A stretch of 38,165 bases of DNA. Origin: a candidate division WOR-3 bacterium (GTDB lineage: Bacteria > Hydrothermota > Hydrothermia > LBFQ01 > DSFT01). Both the position numbers and the translations under genes were made by a program. The stretch lies in NCBI GenBank assembly GCA_965649115.1, contig CBFGJN010000014.1, positions 1 to 38,165 of the forward strand, given 5' to 3'. The first letter of the stretch is position 1. Every line of letters starts with the position of its first letter. The notes beneath the pieces are model-generated. The model ran no database searches and was not told the origin of the DNA. It worked only from the letters and a program-made list of their open reading frames with translations. Positions 10,518 through 19,126 of the stretch are shown here, one piece after another.

Positions 10518-10724
10518 ATGCCAAAAGTTAAAACAAAGAAATCCGTAGCTAAAAGATTCAAAATTACAAAGGGAGGAAAAGGTAATAAAATTAAGTGTTT
10601 TCATGCTTATCATAGCCATCTCTCAACAGGAAAATCTCCGAAAAGATTAAGAAGATTAAGAAAACCTAAAATTTTAAATAATGTTAGTAAGGATAAAATT
10701 TTATATGCCCTTGGTGAAAAGTAG
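10518..10724 (+). CDS. rpmI: 50S ribosomal protein L35
   Basis: MPKVKTKKSVAKRFKIT...HSHL...K..KRLRRL. The ATG at 10518 matches the canonical MPK start. Confidence 0.93.
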   Translation: MPKVKTKKSVAKRFKITKGGKGNKIKCFHAYHSHLSTGKSPKRLRRLRKPKILNNVSKDKILYALGEK

Positions 10725-10727
10725 TTT

Positions 10728-13034
10728 TTGATGAATGATATAAGAGTTTTACCTGTTCTTCCTATCAGAGGTGGTATTATATTTCCTCATAGTATTGTAA
10801 ATATAACTGTTTCGTCTGAAAGAGGAAAAATTCTTGTTGAAGAAGCCATAAAACAAGGGATTTCTGAATTATTTTCAGTTGGGTATAAATCTAACGAAAA
10901 AAATGAAGAATTATTTAAAATTGGAACAATAATAAAAATTGATAATTATTCAAAAGATGAAAAAGAAAACTCTATCAAGCTTGTAGTTTTTGGTTTAAAA
11001 AGAGGAAGAATTATTAAATTTATTCAAGAAGAACCATATTATATAGCGGAAATTGAACCTATTGATGATAACGAAATTATTGATAATGAAATGGATATTT
11101 TAATGAAAAGTGTTAAGGAAGCTTTCATTAATTTAATGAATAAAATGCCTATTAGATCTGAAAAACAAATAAAGGAAATTTTAAATATTAAAAGTCCTTC
11201 AATATTTTCCGATGTTTTAGCTTCGTTTTTAGTTGAGGGACTAGAAGAAAAACAAAAATTATTAGAGACAATTGATGTTAAAGAACGATTGAAAAAAATT
11301 TTTGAAATTATTCAAAATCAATTAGAAATACTTAAAGTAAATGAAACTATTCAAGAAAAAGTAAAAGAGGAAATTGAAAAGTCTCAAAGAGAGTACTTTC
11401 TAAGAGAACAACTTAAAGTTATACAAAAAGAATTAGGTATTAGTGAAGAACAAAAAGAAATTGATGAAATTGAAGAAAAAATTAAGCTTCTTCCTGATTA
11501 TGTACAAGAAGTTGCTAAAAGAGAGTTAAATAAATTAAGAAAACTTCAAACAATATCTCCTGAATATCATGTTGTAAGAACTTACTTAGATTGGATTTTG
11601 AATTTACCTTGGAATGAGGAAACAGAGGACAACTTAGATATTTCTCATGCAAGAAAAGTTCTTGATGAAGATCATTATAATTTAGAAAAAGTAAAAAGTA
11701 GAATTTTAGAGTACTTAGCAGTTAAAAAAATAAAACCTAATGCGAAGGGAGCTATTCTTTGTTTTGTAGGACCTCCTGGTGTAGGTAAAACCTCATTAGG
11801 ACAATCCATAGCAAGAGCGTTAAACAGGAAATTTATAAGGATATCACTTGGTGGAATAAGGGATGAGGCAGAGATTAGAGGACATAGAAGAACATATGTT
11901 GGAGCATTGCCTGGAAGAATAATAAGTGCTTTAAGAAAGGTTAAAGTTAAAAATCCCGTTATTGTTCTTGATGAAGTTGATAAAATTGGTGTGGATTTTA
12001 GAGGTGATCCCGCTTCCGCATTATTAGAAGTCTTAGATCCAGAGCAAAATAAGGAATTTGTTGATCATTATTTAGAAATTCCCTTTGACTTATCAAAAGT
12101 TTTATTTATCACAACTGCTAATACGACAATGACAATTCCCCCAGCTTTACTTGATAGAATGGAAGTTATAGAAATACCTGGTTATACACTTGAAGAAAAA
12201 ATAAAAATAGCAAAATTTTATCTTATTCCAAGAGAGATAGAAAATCATGGTTTAAGTAATTATAAAATTGAATTTGAAGATTCTGCTATTGAAGAAATTA
12301 TAAATAAATGGACAAGAGAAGCAGGTGTTCGTCAGCTAGATAGAAAAATATCAGAAATTTTAAGAAAAATAGCAGTTCAAGTAGCTGAAAAGAATATAAG
12401 AAAAAACAAGAATTTTTTAATAAAAAGAACTAATGTTTCCAAATTCTTAGGACCACCACTATTTTATTCAGAAGTTGCTGAAAGGCAAAATGAGGTAGGA
12501 GTTGCTATTGGGCTTGCATGGACACCTTTTGGTGGAGATATTATATTTATAGAAGCTTTAAAGATGCCTGGTAAAGGGCAACTAAAATTAACCGGACATC
12601 TTGGAAATGTTATGAAGGAAAGCGCTCAAGCTGCTTATTCATTATTAAGAGCAAATTTTGAAAAATGGAAGATAAGAGATAATGATTTTGATAAATACGA
12701 TGTTCATATTCACGTTCCCGCAGGAGCAATACCTAAGGATGGTCCATCTGCTGGAATAGCAATTTTAATGGCATTAGTTTCTCTATTTTCAAACAGACCT
12801 ATAAAAAAATTTCTTGCTATGACAGGCGAAATAACTTTAAGAGGAAAAATTTTACCTGTTGGAGGTATTAAGGAAAAAGTTTTGGCAGCAAGAAGAGCTG
12901 GTATTAAAGAAATTATATTGCCTAAATGGAATAAAAAAGATTTGGAAGATATTCCAAAAGATGTTCTTAAAGACTTGATTTTTCACTTCGTTGATAATGT
13001 TCAAGAAGCATATAAAATTTCATTTGAAAACTAA
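10728..13034 (+). CDS. lon: ATP-dependent Lon protease
   Basis: Walker A GPPGVGKTS, RGHRRTYVGA, LDEVDK, catalytic PKDGPSAG and GGIKEK. Confidence 0.97.
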   Translation: MMNDIRVLPVLPIRGGIIFPHSIVNITVSSERGKILVEEAIKQGISELFSVGYKSNEKNEELFKIGTIIKIDNYSKDEKENSIKLVVFGLKRGRIIKFIQEEPYYIAEIEPIDDNEIIDNEMDILMKSVKEAFINLMNKMPIRSEKQIKEILNIKSPSIFSDVLASFLVEGLEEKQKLLETIDVKERLKKIFEIIQNQLEILKVNETIQEKVKEEIEKSQREYFLREQLKVIQKELGISEEQKEIDEIEEKIKLLPDYVQEVAKRELNKLRKLQTISPEYHVVRTYLDWILNLPWNEETEDNLDISHARKVLDEDHYNLEKVKSRILEYLAVKKIKPNAKGAILCFVGPPGVGKTSLGQSIARALNRKFIRISLGGIRDEAEIRGHRRTYVGALPGRIISALRKVKVKNPVIVLDEVDKIGVDFRGDPASALLEVLDPEQNKEFVDHYLEIPFDLSKVLFITTANTTMTIPPALLDRMEVIEIPGYTLEEKIKIAKFYLIPREIENHGLSNYKIEFEDSAIEEIINKWTREAGVRQLDRKISEILRKIAVQVAEKNIRKNKNFLIKRTNVSKFLGPPLFYSEVAERQNEVGVAIGLAWTPFGGDIIFIEALKMPGKGQLKLTGHLGNVMKESAQAAYSLLRANFEKWKIRDNDFDKYDVHIHVPAGAIPKDGPSAGIAILMALVSLFSNRPIKKFLAMTGEITLRGKILPVGGIKEKVLAARRAGIKEIILPKWNKKDLEDIPKDVLKDLIFHFVDNVQEAYKISFEN

Positions 13035-13036
13035 AG

Positions 13037-13145
13037 GCAAGAAATGGGGTATTTTTAAGCAGAAAAGCTTAATTTAAAGGCGAGTGGGAGAAATAAAGAA
13101 TTATTCTAGACACACAATAGGCTTATTTTTGGGTGGGTGGGAAAT
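13037..13145 (-). repeat. Degenerate, rearranged MITE fragment in reverse orientation
   Basis: GGGTGGGTGGGAAA core and AATTATTCTAGACACAC TIR-like segment. Confidence 0.55.
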
Positions 13146-13180
13146 TATAATCATAATTAAAGCACCTTTAAAATTTGATT

Positions 13181-13426
13181 ATGCCTGTTCTTCTATGGAT
13201 AATTATAATAATTTTAGTCATTGGAATTGTTTTTTATATAATTCAAGCAATTTTAAACTTTATATTTTCCGTTATATTATATGGACTTATTTTTGCATTA
13301 GGTTTTTATCTCTTCTACAAAATGATAACCTATGCAGAAAAGAGGGATATGTCATTATCTGAATTAATAAACGATTTCATTGAAAAAAGTAAAAGAGCAA
13401 TTTTAGGAAAGAAAAATAAAGACTGA
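13181..13426 (+). CDS. Small membrane protein, hypothetical
   Basis: Long hydrophobic N-terminal half. The ATG at 13181 lies 6 nt after the CCTTTAAAAT box. Confidence 0.65.
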   Translation: MPVLLWIIIIILVIGIVFYIIQAILNFIFSVILYGLIFALGFYLFYKMITYAEKRDMSLSELINDFIEKSKRAILGKKNKD

Positions 13427-13520
13427 CTATGTTTTCAGGGAAAGTTTATGCTTTAAAAACTATGCGTTTGATTACTTCTTTAATTTTGTTGCTTGTGGGG
13501 TTAGTTAAGGAGGTTAAGCT

Positions 13521-13853
13521 ATGAGAACGTTAATTTTGTTGATCTCTGCGTTGGCTATCATTTCATGTAGCAAAGAGTCAAGCACAACTCAACCATCTAA
13601 ACCATATAGTGTATTCAAAGCAACTCTTTCTCCTCAAAATGAAGTTCCTCAACCTTGCCAAGGTGCTACTGGAAGTGGTTCAGCAACTGCTATACTTCAG
13701 GAAGATATTCTAATACTATCGGGTAGTTTCTCTGGTTTGCATGATACAGTATTTACGGGGTTATTAGGAGGCATACATATTAATGATGATAAAAAATCTG
13801 GTAGTTTTAGTGGTGTTTTTCAACTAATTGGGGAGCTTAATCAATTATGTTAA
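13521..13853 (+). CDS. CHRD-domain lipoprotein, apparently truncated
   Basis: Lipobox AIISC and SD AAGGAGG. The CHRD N-terminal pattern F.A.LS..NEVP....GSG.A is present, but the C-terminal YVNVH...GEIRGQ segment is missing. Confidence 0.65.
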   Translation: MRTLILLISALAIISCSKESSTTQPSKPYSVFKATLSPQNEVPQPCQGATGSGSATAILQEDILILSGSFSGLHDTVFTGLLGGIHINDDKKSGSFSGVFQLIGELNQLC

Positions 13854-14821
13854 TTGTAATTTTATTGCTTCCTGAATTTACAACAATATATGGTGTTGCT
13901 TGCATTAGTTGTCATTTTAATACCCAAGGTTCAGGATTAAGAAATGAAAATGGCTGGGGACAACAGCAAATTTATCTCCCAATACATAACAAGAAAAAGG
14001 AAGATTTAATTGAATACAAAATTAACAATTCTATATTTTATGGTTCAGACGTTAGGATTTTTTATCTAAGAATTAGGGATAGTTCATATATCTTTCCTAT
14101 GCAAACAAATTTATATATAAACTATAAGCCATCAAGCTCTATTGATATTTATGCCAAGTTAGGTTTGAGAGGATTATATGAAGCTTTTGCTGTTCTTTGG
14201 AATATACTCTTTTTAAACACATATATAAAAGGAGGCTTATTTCTTCCTAACTATGGATTAAGATATGAAGACCACACATATTTTACAAGAGATTATCTTG
14301 ATAATAGAATTATTGATAGATATTTTAATAGGTTTGAAAATGGCGGGTTTGAAATTGGTTATGCCTATGAAACTTATCAAATTTCATTCAGTATTATGAA
14401 TAGTTGGGGAAATTTTCCACTTTATCTATCACAAAATCAAATTATTACAACTAACAATTTTAGAATTTTTCATATTAAAGAAAAATATAATGTTCTTTTG
14501 GGATTAACGGGAATTTATAAAGATGAAAATAATTATGTTTTTGGAGGATATGGGGGATTTGGTTTAAGCAATAAAATTTCAACGATTTTAGAATATTCAA
14601 AATATCCTAATTTTAATGTTTTGACAAGTGTTGTAAGATATATTTTCAAAAGAGGTATTCATGTTGTTCTTTCATACGATTTTTCAAGTGAAAATAATCA
14701 AAGTAGAATTGGTGGTGGTGTTTCTTTGTTTTACATACCAAATCTTGAAATTATGACAAGATACTATTATTATTTTAATAGTTTTGGATTTTTAGCGTTT
14801 TCATTGCATTTTGGATTTTAG
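13847..14821 (+). CDS. Outer-membrane beta-barrel with N-terminal CxxCH motif
   Basis: CISCHFNTQGSGLRN near the N-terminus, alternating aromatic strands and C-terminal FSLHFGF. Confidence 0.7.
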   Translation: MLIVILLLPEFTTIYGVACISCHFNTQGSGLRNENGWGQQQIYLPIHNKKKEDLIEYKINNSIFYGSDVRIFYLRIRDSSYIFPMQTNLYINYKPSSSIDIYAKLGLRGLYEAFAVLWNILFLNTYIKGGLFLPNYGLRYEDHTYFTRDYLDNRIIDRYFNRFENGGFEIGYAYETYQISFSIMNSWGNFPLYLSQNQIITTNNFRIFHIKEKYNVLLGLTGIYKDENNYVFGGYGGFGLSNKISTILEYSKYPNFNVLTSVVRYIFKRGIHVVLSYDFSSENNQSRIGGGVSLFYIPNLEIMTRYYYYFNSFGFLAFSLHFGF

Positions 14822-14825
14822 TCTT

Positions 14826-15953
14826 ATGTCAAATGTAGTAGATTTTGAAAAATTTTTAAAGGATGCTATAAAAAAGAAGTACACAGGAAGACTAATTTTC
14901 ACAGGACCTGAGGGTGGTGTTGTTAGAGTTGTTCTTGTTAAAGGAAGAATAAAGGATGTAGATAGCACATGGGATTATACACCAAAGGAACTTGAAAGGC
15001 TTAAAGTTTGGAAAAAAGGTTCTGTAATTGCAAGGAGCTTATCAGAAGCTGAATTAAAGAAGTACGAAAATGCTCCTGATATAGTTCAAATAAAAGAAAA
15101 TCCACTCCCAAAAATTATTTTATTTTCCTCTTTTGTTTTTATTACTCTAATAACTTCAATCTTCGTATTTTTGAATTTAGCTAAGAAGCCTAAAACTAAT
15201 TTAATTAATCAAGAACCTAAGGTTATTGTTAAAAAAGAAACTGTTTTGGTAAAGATTGCAGATACTAATCAAAGAAAAGAGGTTCAAAGAAAGGAAACTA
15301 CAATTTTACAATTAAGTAAAGAAGAAAAAAGGAAAGAGAACAAAGATACTAATTTGAATGAATTTAAAACTAATTTGCCGAGTGTAGAAGAGAAGGAGAA
15401 AAAGAATAATGTTTTTCAATGTAATATAGACTTTGTAAAAACATATAATTTTAAGCTTGAAAGCTTTGAAATAGTTGATTTAAAGCCAGAATTAGATTAC
15501 TCAAAATATGTTAAAATGTTTTATGCAGGACCATTCTTCTTAGATGAAAATGACACAATAATAGGTAAATTAACCCTTGAAGAAGATTTATTTAAAAATT
15601 CAAATGCTATGCTATATATTACAAATGCTGGTGGTCTTATGAGTATAAGTATGGGTTCAATTTTCTTAAATCCTTTAAATAATTCAAAAGGTGATTTTGA
15701 AAAGTTTGTAAGTTTATTTAAGTTAGGAAGTGGAGTAAATGGATATAAAGTTTTTATCTCAGGTTATGGTAATTTTTCATTTACTCCATCTAAATCAGAT
15801 AACTATTTTGTTATTGTTTTGAATTCACCAGAGTTTAAGAAAGTTGAGGTTATTTCTGGTTCTCAAAATTATAAAATAACTGCTAAGGCTTATAAGATGT
15901 CTGGTAAGCTTGAAGTAGGAATTAAAAGATGTCAATTATTATCATCTTCTTAG
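14826..15953 (+). CDS. Single-pass membrane protein with DUF4388/PATAN-like N-terminus
   Basis: KKYTGRL..G..G.V....GRI N-terminal pattern, one TM helix, a charged linker and a beta-rich C-terminus. Confidence 0.55.
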   Translation: MSNVVDFEKFLKDAIKKKYTGRLIFTGPEGGVVRVVLVKGRIKDVDSTWDYTPKELERLKVWKKGSVIARSLSEAELKKYENAPDIVQIKENPLPKIILFSSFVFITLITSIFVFLNLAKKPKTNLINQEPKVIVKKETVLVKIADTNQRKEVQRKETTILQLSKEEKRKENKDTNLNEFKTNLPSVEEKEKKNNVFQCNIDFVKTYNFKLESFEIVDLKPELDYSKYVKMFYAGPFFLDENDTIIGKLTLEEDLFKNSNAMLYITNAGGLMSISMGSIFLNPLNNSKGDFEKFVSLFKLGSGVNGYKVFISGYGNFSFTPSKSDNYFVIVLNSPEFKKVEVISGSQNYKITAKAYKMSGKLEVGIKRCQLLSSS

Positions 15954-16048
15954 CCTAAAAATGGGCATTTATAAGCCGAAGGCTTATTATTAGGGTAGGC
16001 AGGGAAAATATAGAAATAATCACATTTTTAGAACTACTGGACACAGCA
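15954..16048 (-). repeat. Half MITE in reverse orientation
   Basis: ATAAGCCGAAGGCTTAT hairpin, AGGGTAGGCAGGGAAAA core and terminal AACTACTGGACACAGCA. Confidence 0.65.
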
Positions 16049-16104
16049 GTTTTAAATAGATTTTCATAAGTCATTTTAAAATCAGCTTATAAATCTTCGC
16101 CCCC

Positions 16105-16587
16105 TTATTTCTTTTGATAAATTAAATTAAACTCAATGTAGATTGTATCGGAAACTTGAAGAAAGCCAAAAGTGGGTCTTTCAAGCTTAAAATCTGAAAG
16201 CAATATAAAAAATGAGCCATTTACATAAGCATTATTTTCATTAATTTTTAATGATATAGGAACAGATATATTTTTTTGATGACCTGAAAGTTTAAATTTA
16301 CCAAATATCCATTCATTTCTAATACTTTCAGGAATAAATTCTATGAATTCGTACTTATCAGCATCTATAGTTCTATATATTTGAGCATCTCTAACAGCAT
16401 TATCAGTTTTTAGTGATTTTGATAGAACTTTTATATAGCCTCCTATTGAATTACCATCGTATTTTATAGTTGAATATATTTCTTCTGCTCTACCAATTAC
16501 CTTATGAAAAGTCGCATTTGTCCAAAAAGTTATTTTTGATTTCTGATTCACAATTTCAAATATATCTAAAAGTAAGGTCAGTATCAT
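16105..16587 (-). CDS. YceI family protein
   Basis: KSKITF...FHKVIG, SLKTDNAVRD, G.F.LSG..K, GSF.ILLSDF.L. The likely start is ATG 16587 (MILTLLL), which overlaps the upstream stop. Confidence 0.8.
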   Translation of the reverse strand: MILTLLLDIFEIVNQKSKITFWTNATFHKVIGRAEEIYSTIKYDGNSIGGYIKVLSKSLKTDNAVRDAQIYRTIDADKYEFIEFIPESIRNEWIFGKFKLSGHQKNISVPISLKINENNAYVNGSFFILLSDFKLERPTFGFLQVSDTIYIEFNLIYQKK

Positions 16588-16959
16588 GGCAGTAAGTAAA
16601 TATATGCTCCTGCTGGACCTCCTGGATAATGACACTTTTTACAACCTTCTATCTCTGAACCACTTGCTTGCATTTCAATAAACTTCGTCCAATGTCTCAA
16701 CCCTTCCATGATAAGGAAAGCATATATTACCAGTTATATTAAATCTTCCAAGTGTATCAGTTGTGTCAGAAAGCACTTTATTCTTGCTATCTATGACCTT
16801 AACGATAACATTTTTTGCTCTTAAATTATATGATGAATCAGTAGGATTTGTGGAAACGAAATAACTAAAATTTATATCATAACAGCTATCAGATGAACCA
16901 TAAGGAGATTTTGAACAAAACAATAAACCCAGTAATACAATTACCCAAGGATACTTCAT
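16584..16959 (-). pseudogene. Frameshifted lipoprotein with C-terminal CxxCH heme motif
   Basis: ORF 16959-16675 (lipobox-like LLFC) stops at TGA. The +1 frame continues MQASGSEIEGCKKCHYPGGPAGAYIYLLP* to 16584. Confidence 0.6.
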
Positions 16960-16980
16960 ACTTTTGAAATTTTAAAGGAT

Positions 16981-17006
16981 AAAATAGGGGGGTGTCCCCC
17001 CATTTT
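16981..17006 (-). terminator. Rho-independent terminator
   Basis: GGGGGG-ACA-CCCCCC stem followed by TATTTT on the minus strand, just after the stop at 17014. Confidence 0.6.
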
Positions 17007-17013
17007 CTTGAAA

Positions 17014-18987
17014 CTATTTAATTATCAATTTACCTTTCTGATCGTTAATTATGTAAAAGTAAATGCCTGGTTTTAAAGTAATTTCCTTATTTTCATATAA
17101 AATCCCATCAAATTTATAATTAACTGAACCATTTATTGAATATATTCTTATGCTAATTTTTCCTTTTTGTTTAACTTCTAATATAATTTTTTTCTGTTTA
17201 ATAGCAATATCTACAATTCCATTATTATTTTCAGATATTTCGGTTGGTGTTGTTCCCGAGCATGTTGCATATAACCTGTAATTGGAAGGTGTATTTTCTA
17301 ATGTTGTCCCATCATCTCTAAATACTACAAGCCCGTATTGTTCGTTATAGCCATCAACAGGACCACTTGCAGGGATAGTTATTGTGGCAGTAGGATTAGC
17401 AGTTCCTGATAAGTAATAAGCAGCAGCTCTTGTTTGAAAAACATAATCGTTTTGTGTTCCTCTTTTAGGTGCAAATATAGCCATTCTAACATTGCTAAGT
17501 GTTCCACTTGTCCTCTCTAAGGTAATTACCCACCCATTTGAACATGTTTTATCAAATACTAAATCCCATGCCCTTATTAAATCTCCATTATTGAATGTAA
17601 AGGTTATAGGAGAGCCAATCGGAGAACAACTTGTTGAAGTACAAATTTGACTAATTGTTATTGAATCACCATCCCAAGCTTGTGCATAACCTGTAAAGTT
17701 ATTTGGAACAGCCCATGTTCCAAACATAGGAACCCTTGCCCACCACCAAGCAGTATAATAGGAAGGATAAGCTAAATAAAGTTTATTAAAATCAATTAGG
17801 ACAAAATCTGTTAGAGGTCTATTCTGAGCAGAAACAACCCATATACCATCATAACCACCATTAGAACCATTACATATATCTGCTCTTGTTAAACTAGCTA
17901 AATCTTTATGTAAATCCGTTAAATATATATTAGGATTTTGGTCAGTTGGAGAGTTATTGGCAAAGGCAAAAACTGTCCATCTATAAGCATTATTGTGCTG
18001 CCATCTGAAAACTCCTCCAAATGGATATTTATAAAATAGTCTATATTGAATAGGTGAATTTACTTTTTCTACTTGGAAGTAAATTGTGTCAGTATCTCTA
18101 CCAACATTCAATCCAGCCCATGCAATAGCCCTTCTTAAACTTGTTCCTGTTGGTGGATAGATTACCCTACCTTCACATCCATTATATCCTGTTCCAGAAC
18201 CAACATCATTTATAAGAGCAAAACCTTCACCTCTTTGATAAGTAGGATTATTAGGGTCATCAGTTCTAAACAATTCAATTGCTAAGTCCTTGTTTGTTGT
18301 TTGAGAATTAAGAGCATAAACAATATATGGTGTGTCTGAGTACATAGGACTATCCCATCCCCAAAGTCCCCATTTTCTTTGATTTATAAAGATCCAACCT
18401 TCCCAGACAATACCTTTTGCAAATGTATCTATATATGCTGTTCCCCATCTTGGACTTGAACGAGAAGCAAGACAGTTATTAGCATTTGGGTTATTCGGAA
18501 CAGGAACACCTGCTAAGCAAACATCATATAATATATTTGTCGTATCACAAGTAGGACCTCCATTATAATAAAATCTATGGTCCCAGCATTTATTTTGATT
18601 TATTATTTGATAAGTGCTCGCAATAGCCCACCAAGTGTAATTATTGGAATTACTCACAAGAACTTCTGGATAGGTTATAGGTGTTGTGCAAGTGTTTCCT
18701 TGAAGTGTCCATCTTCTAACACTATCTGCCTGCCATGTCGTATTGTTGATAGTTTTTGACCATATAAAACCAACACCATTACTACCAAAACTGTATAAGG
18801 TTGTTGAGAAATTGCTATAATCACACACTGTTTGAATATAAAAGCCTCCTCCTTTGTCTCTAAATAAACCAGGTTCATAAATTTTAGGATAACTCTTTAA
18901 AAATATATTGGGAATAGCAGAAAAGGTTATAGATTTTGGACTTTGAGATGCTATTGCTCTTGGAAGTTCATAAACTTTACCTTCCAT
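17014..18987 (-). CDS. Secreted Cys/Trp-rich protein with T9SS type A-like CTD
   Basis: C-terminus I.IYSING...LKPGIYF....KLIIK. The reading frame stays open upstream to about 19032 (WLITFIS signal-like). Confidence 0.75.
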   Translation of the reverse strand: MEGKVYELPRAIASQSPKSITFSAIPNIFLKSYPKIYEPGLFRDKGGGFYIQTVCDYSNFSTTLYSFGSNGVGFIWSKTINNTTWQADSVRRWTLQGNTCTTPITYPEVLVSNSNNYTWWAIASTYQIINQNKCWDHRFYYNGGPTCDTTNILYDVCLAGVPVPNNPNANNCLASRSSPRWGTAYIDTFAKGIVWEGWIFINQRKWGLWGWDSPMYSDTPYIVYALNSQTTNKDLAIELFRTDDPNNPTYQRGEGFALINDVGSGTGYNGCEGRVIYPPTGTSLRRAIAWAGLNVGRDTDTIYFQVEKVNSPIQYRLFYKYPFGGVFRWQHNNAYRWTVFAFANNSPTDQNPNIYLTDLHKDLASLTRADICNGSNGGYDGIWVVSAQNRPLTDFVLIDFNKLYLAYPSYYTAWWWARVPMFGTWAVPNNFTGYAQAWDGDSITISQICTSTSCSPIGSPITFTFNNGDLIRAWDLVFDKTCSNGWVITLERTSGTLSNVRMAIFAPKRGTQNDYVFQTRAAAYYLSGTANPTATITIPASGPVDGYNEQYGLVVFRDDGTTLENTPSNYRLYATCSGTTPTEISENNNGIVDIAIKQKKIILEVKQKGKISIRIYSINGSVNYKFDGILYENKEITLKPGIYFYIINDQKGKLIIK

Positions 18988-19126
18988 TCTATCAGTTTTT
19001 TGAACATCTGATATAAAGGTTATTAACCATATACTCTCTCCTCCTTCATTTTTAAATTTTAAAGCATAATAAGTAACCCATCTTTTGCCTTGGGGGGCTT
19101 AATAAGATATCCTTTAAAATATAGTT

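Noticed and set aside
13084..13362. 92-aa ORF
   Set aside because: Starts inside a MITE fragment and overlaps the better-supported membrane protein at 13181.
16588..16635. N-terminal extension MSLSRRSSR of YceI as a Tat signal
   Set aside because: It overlaps the CxxCH-coding frame. The ATGA-coupled start at 16587 is more plausible.
18675..18878. Same-strand alternate-frame ORFs here and at 22351-22542
   Set aside because: Nested inside longer genes, with no motif or clear RBS.
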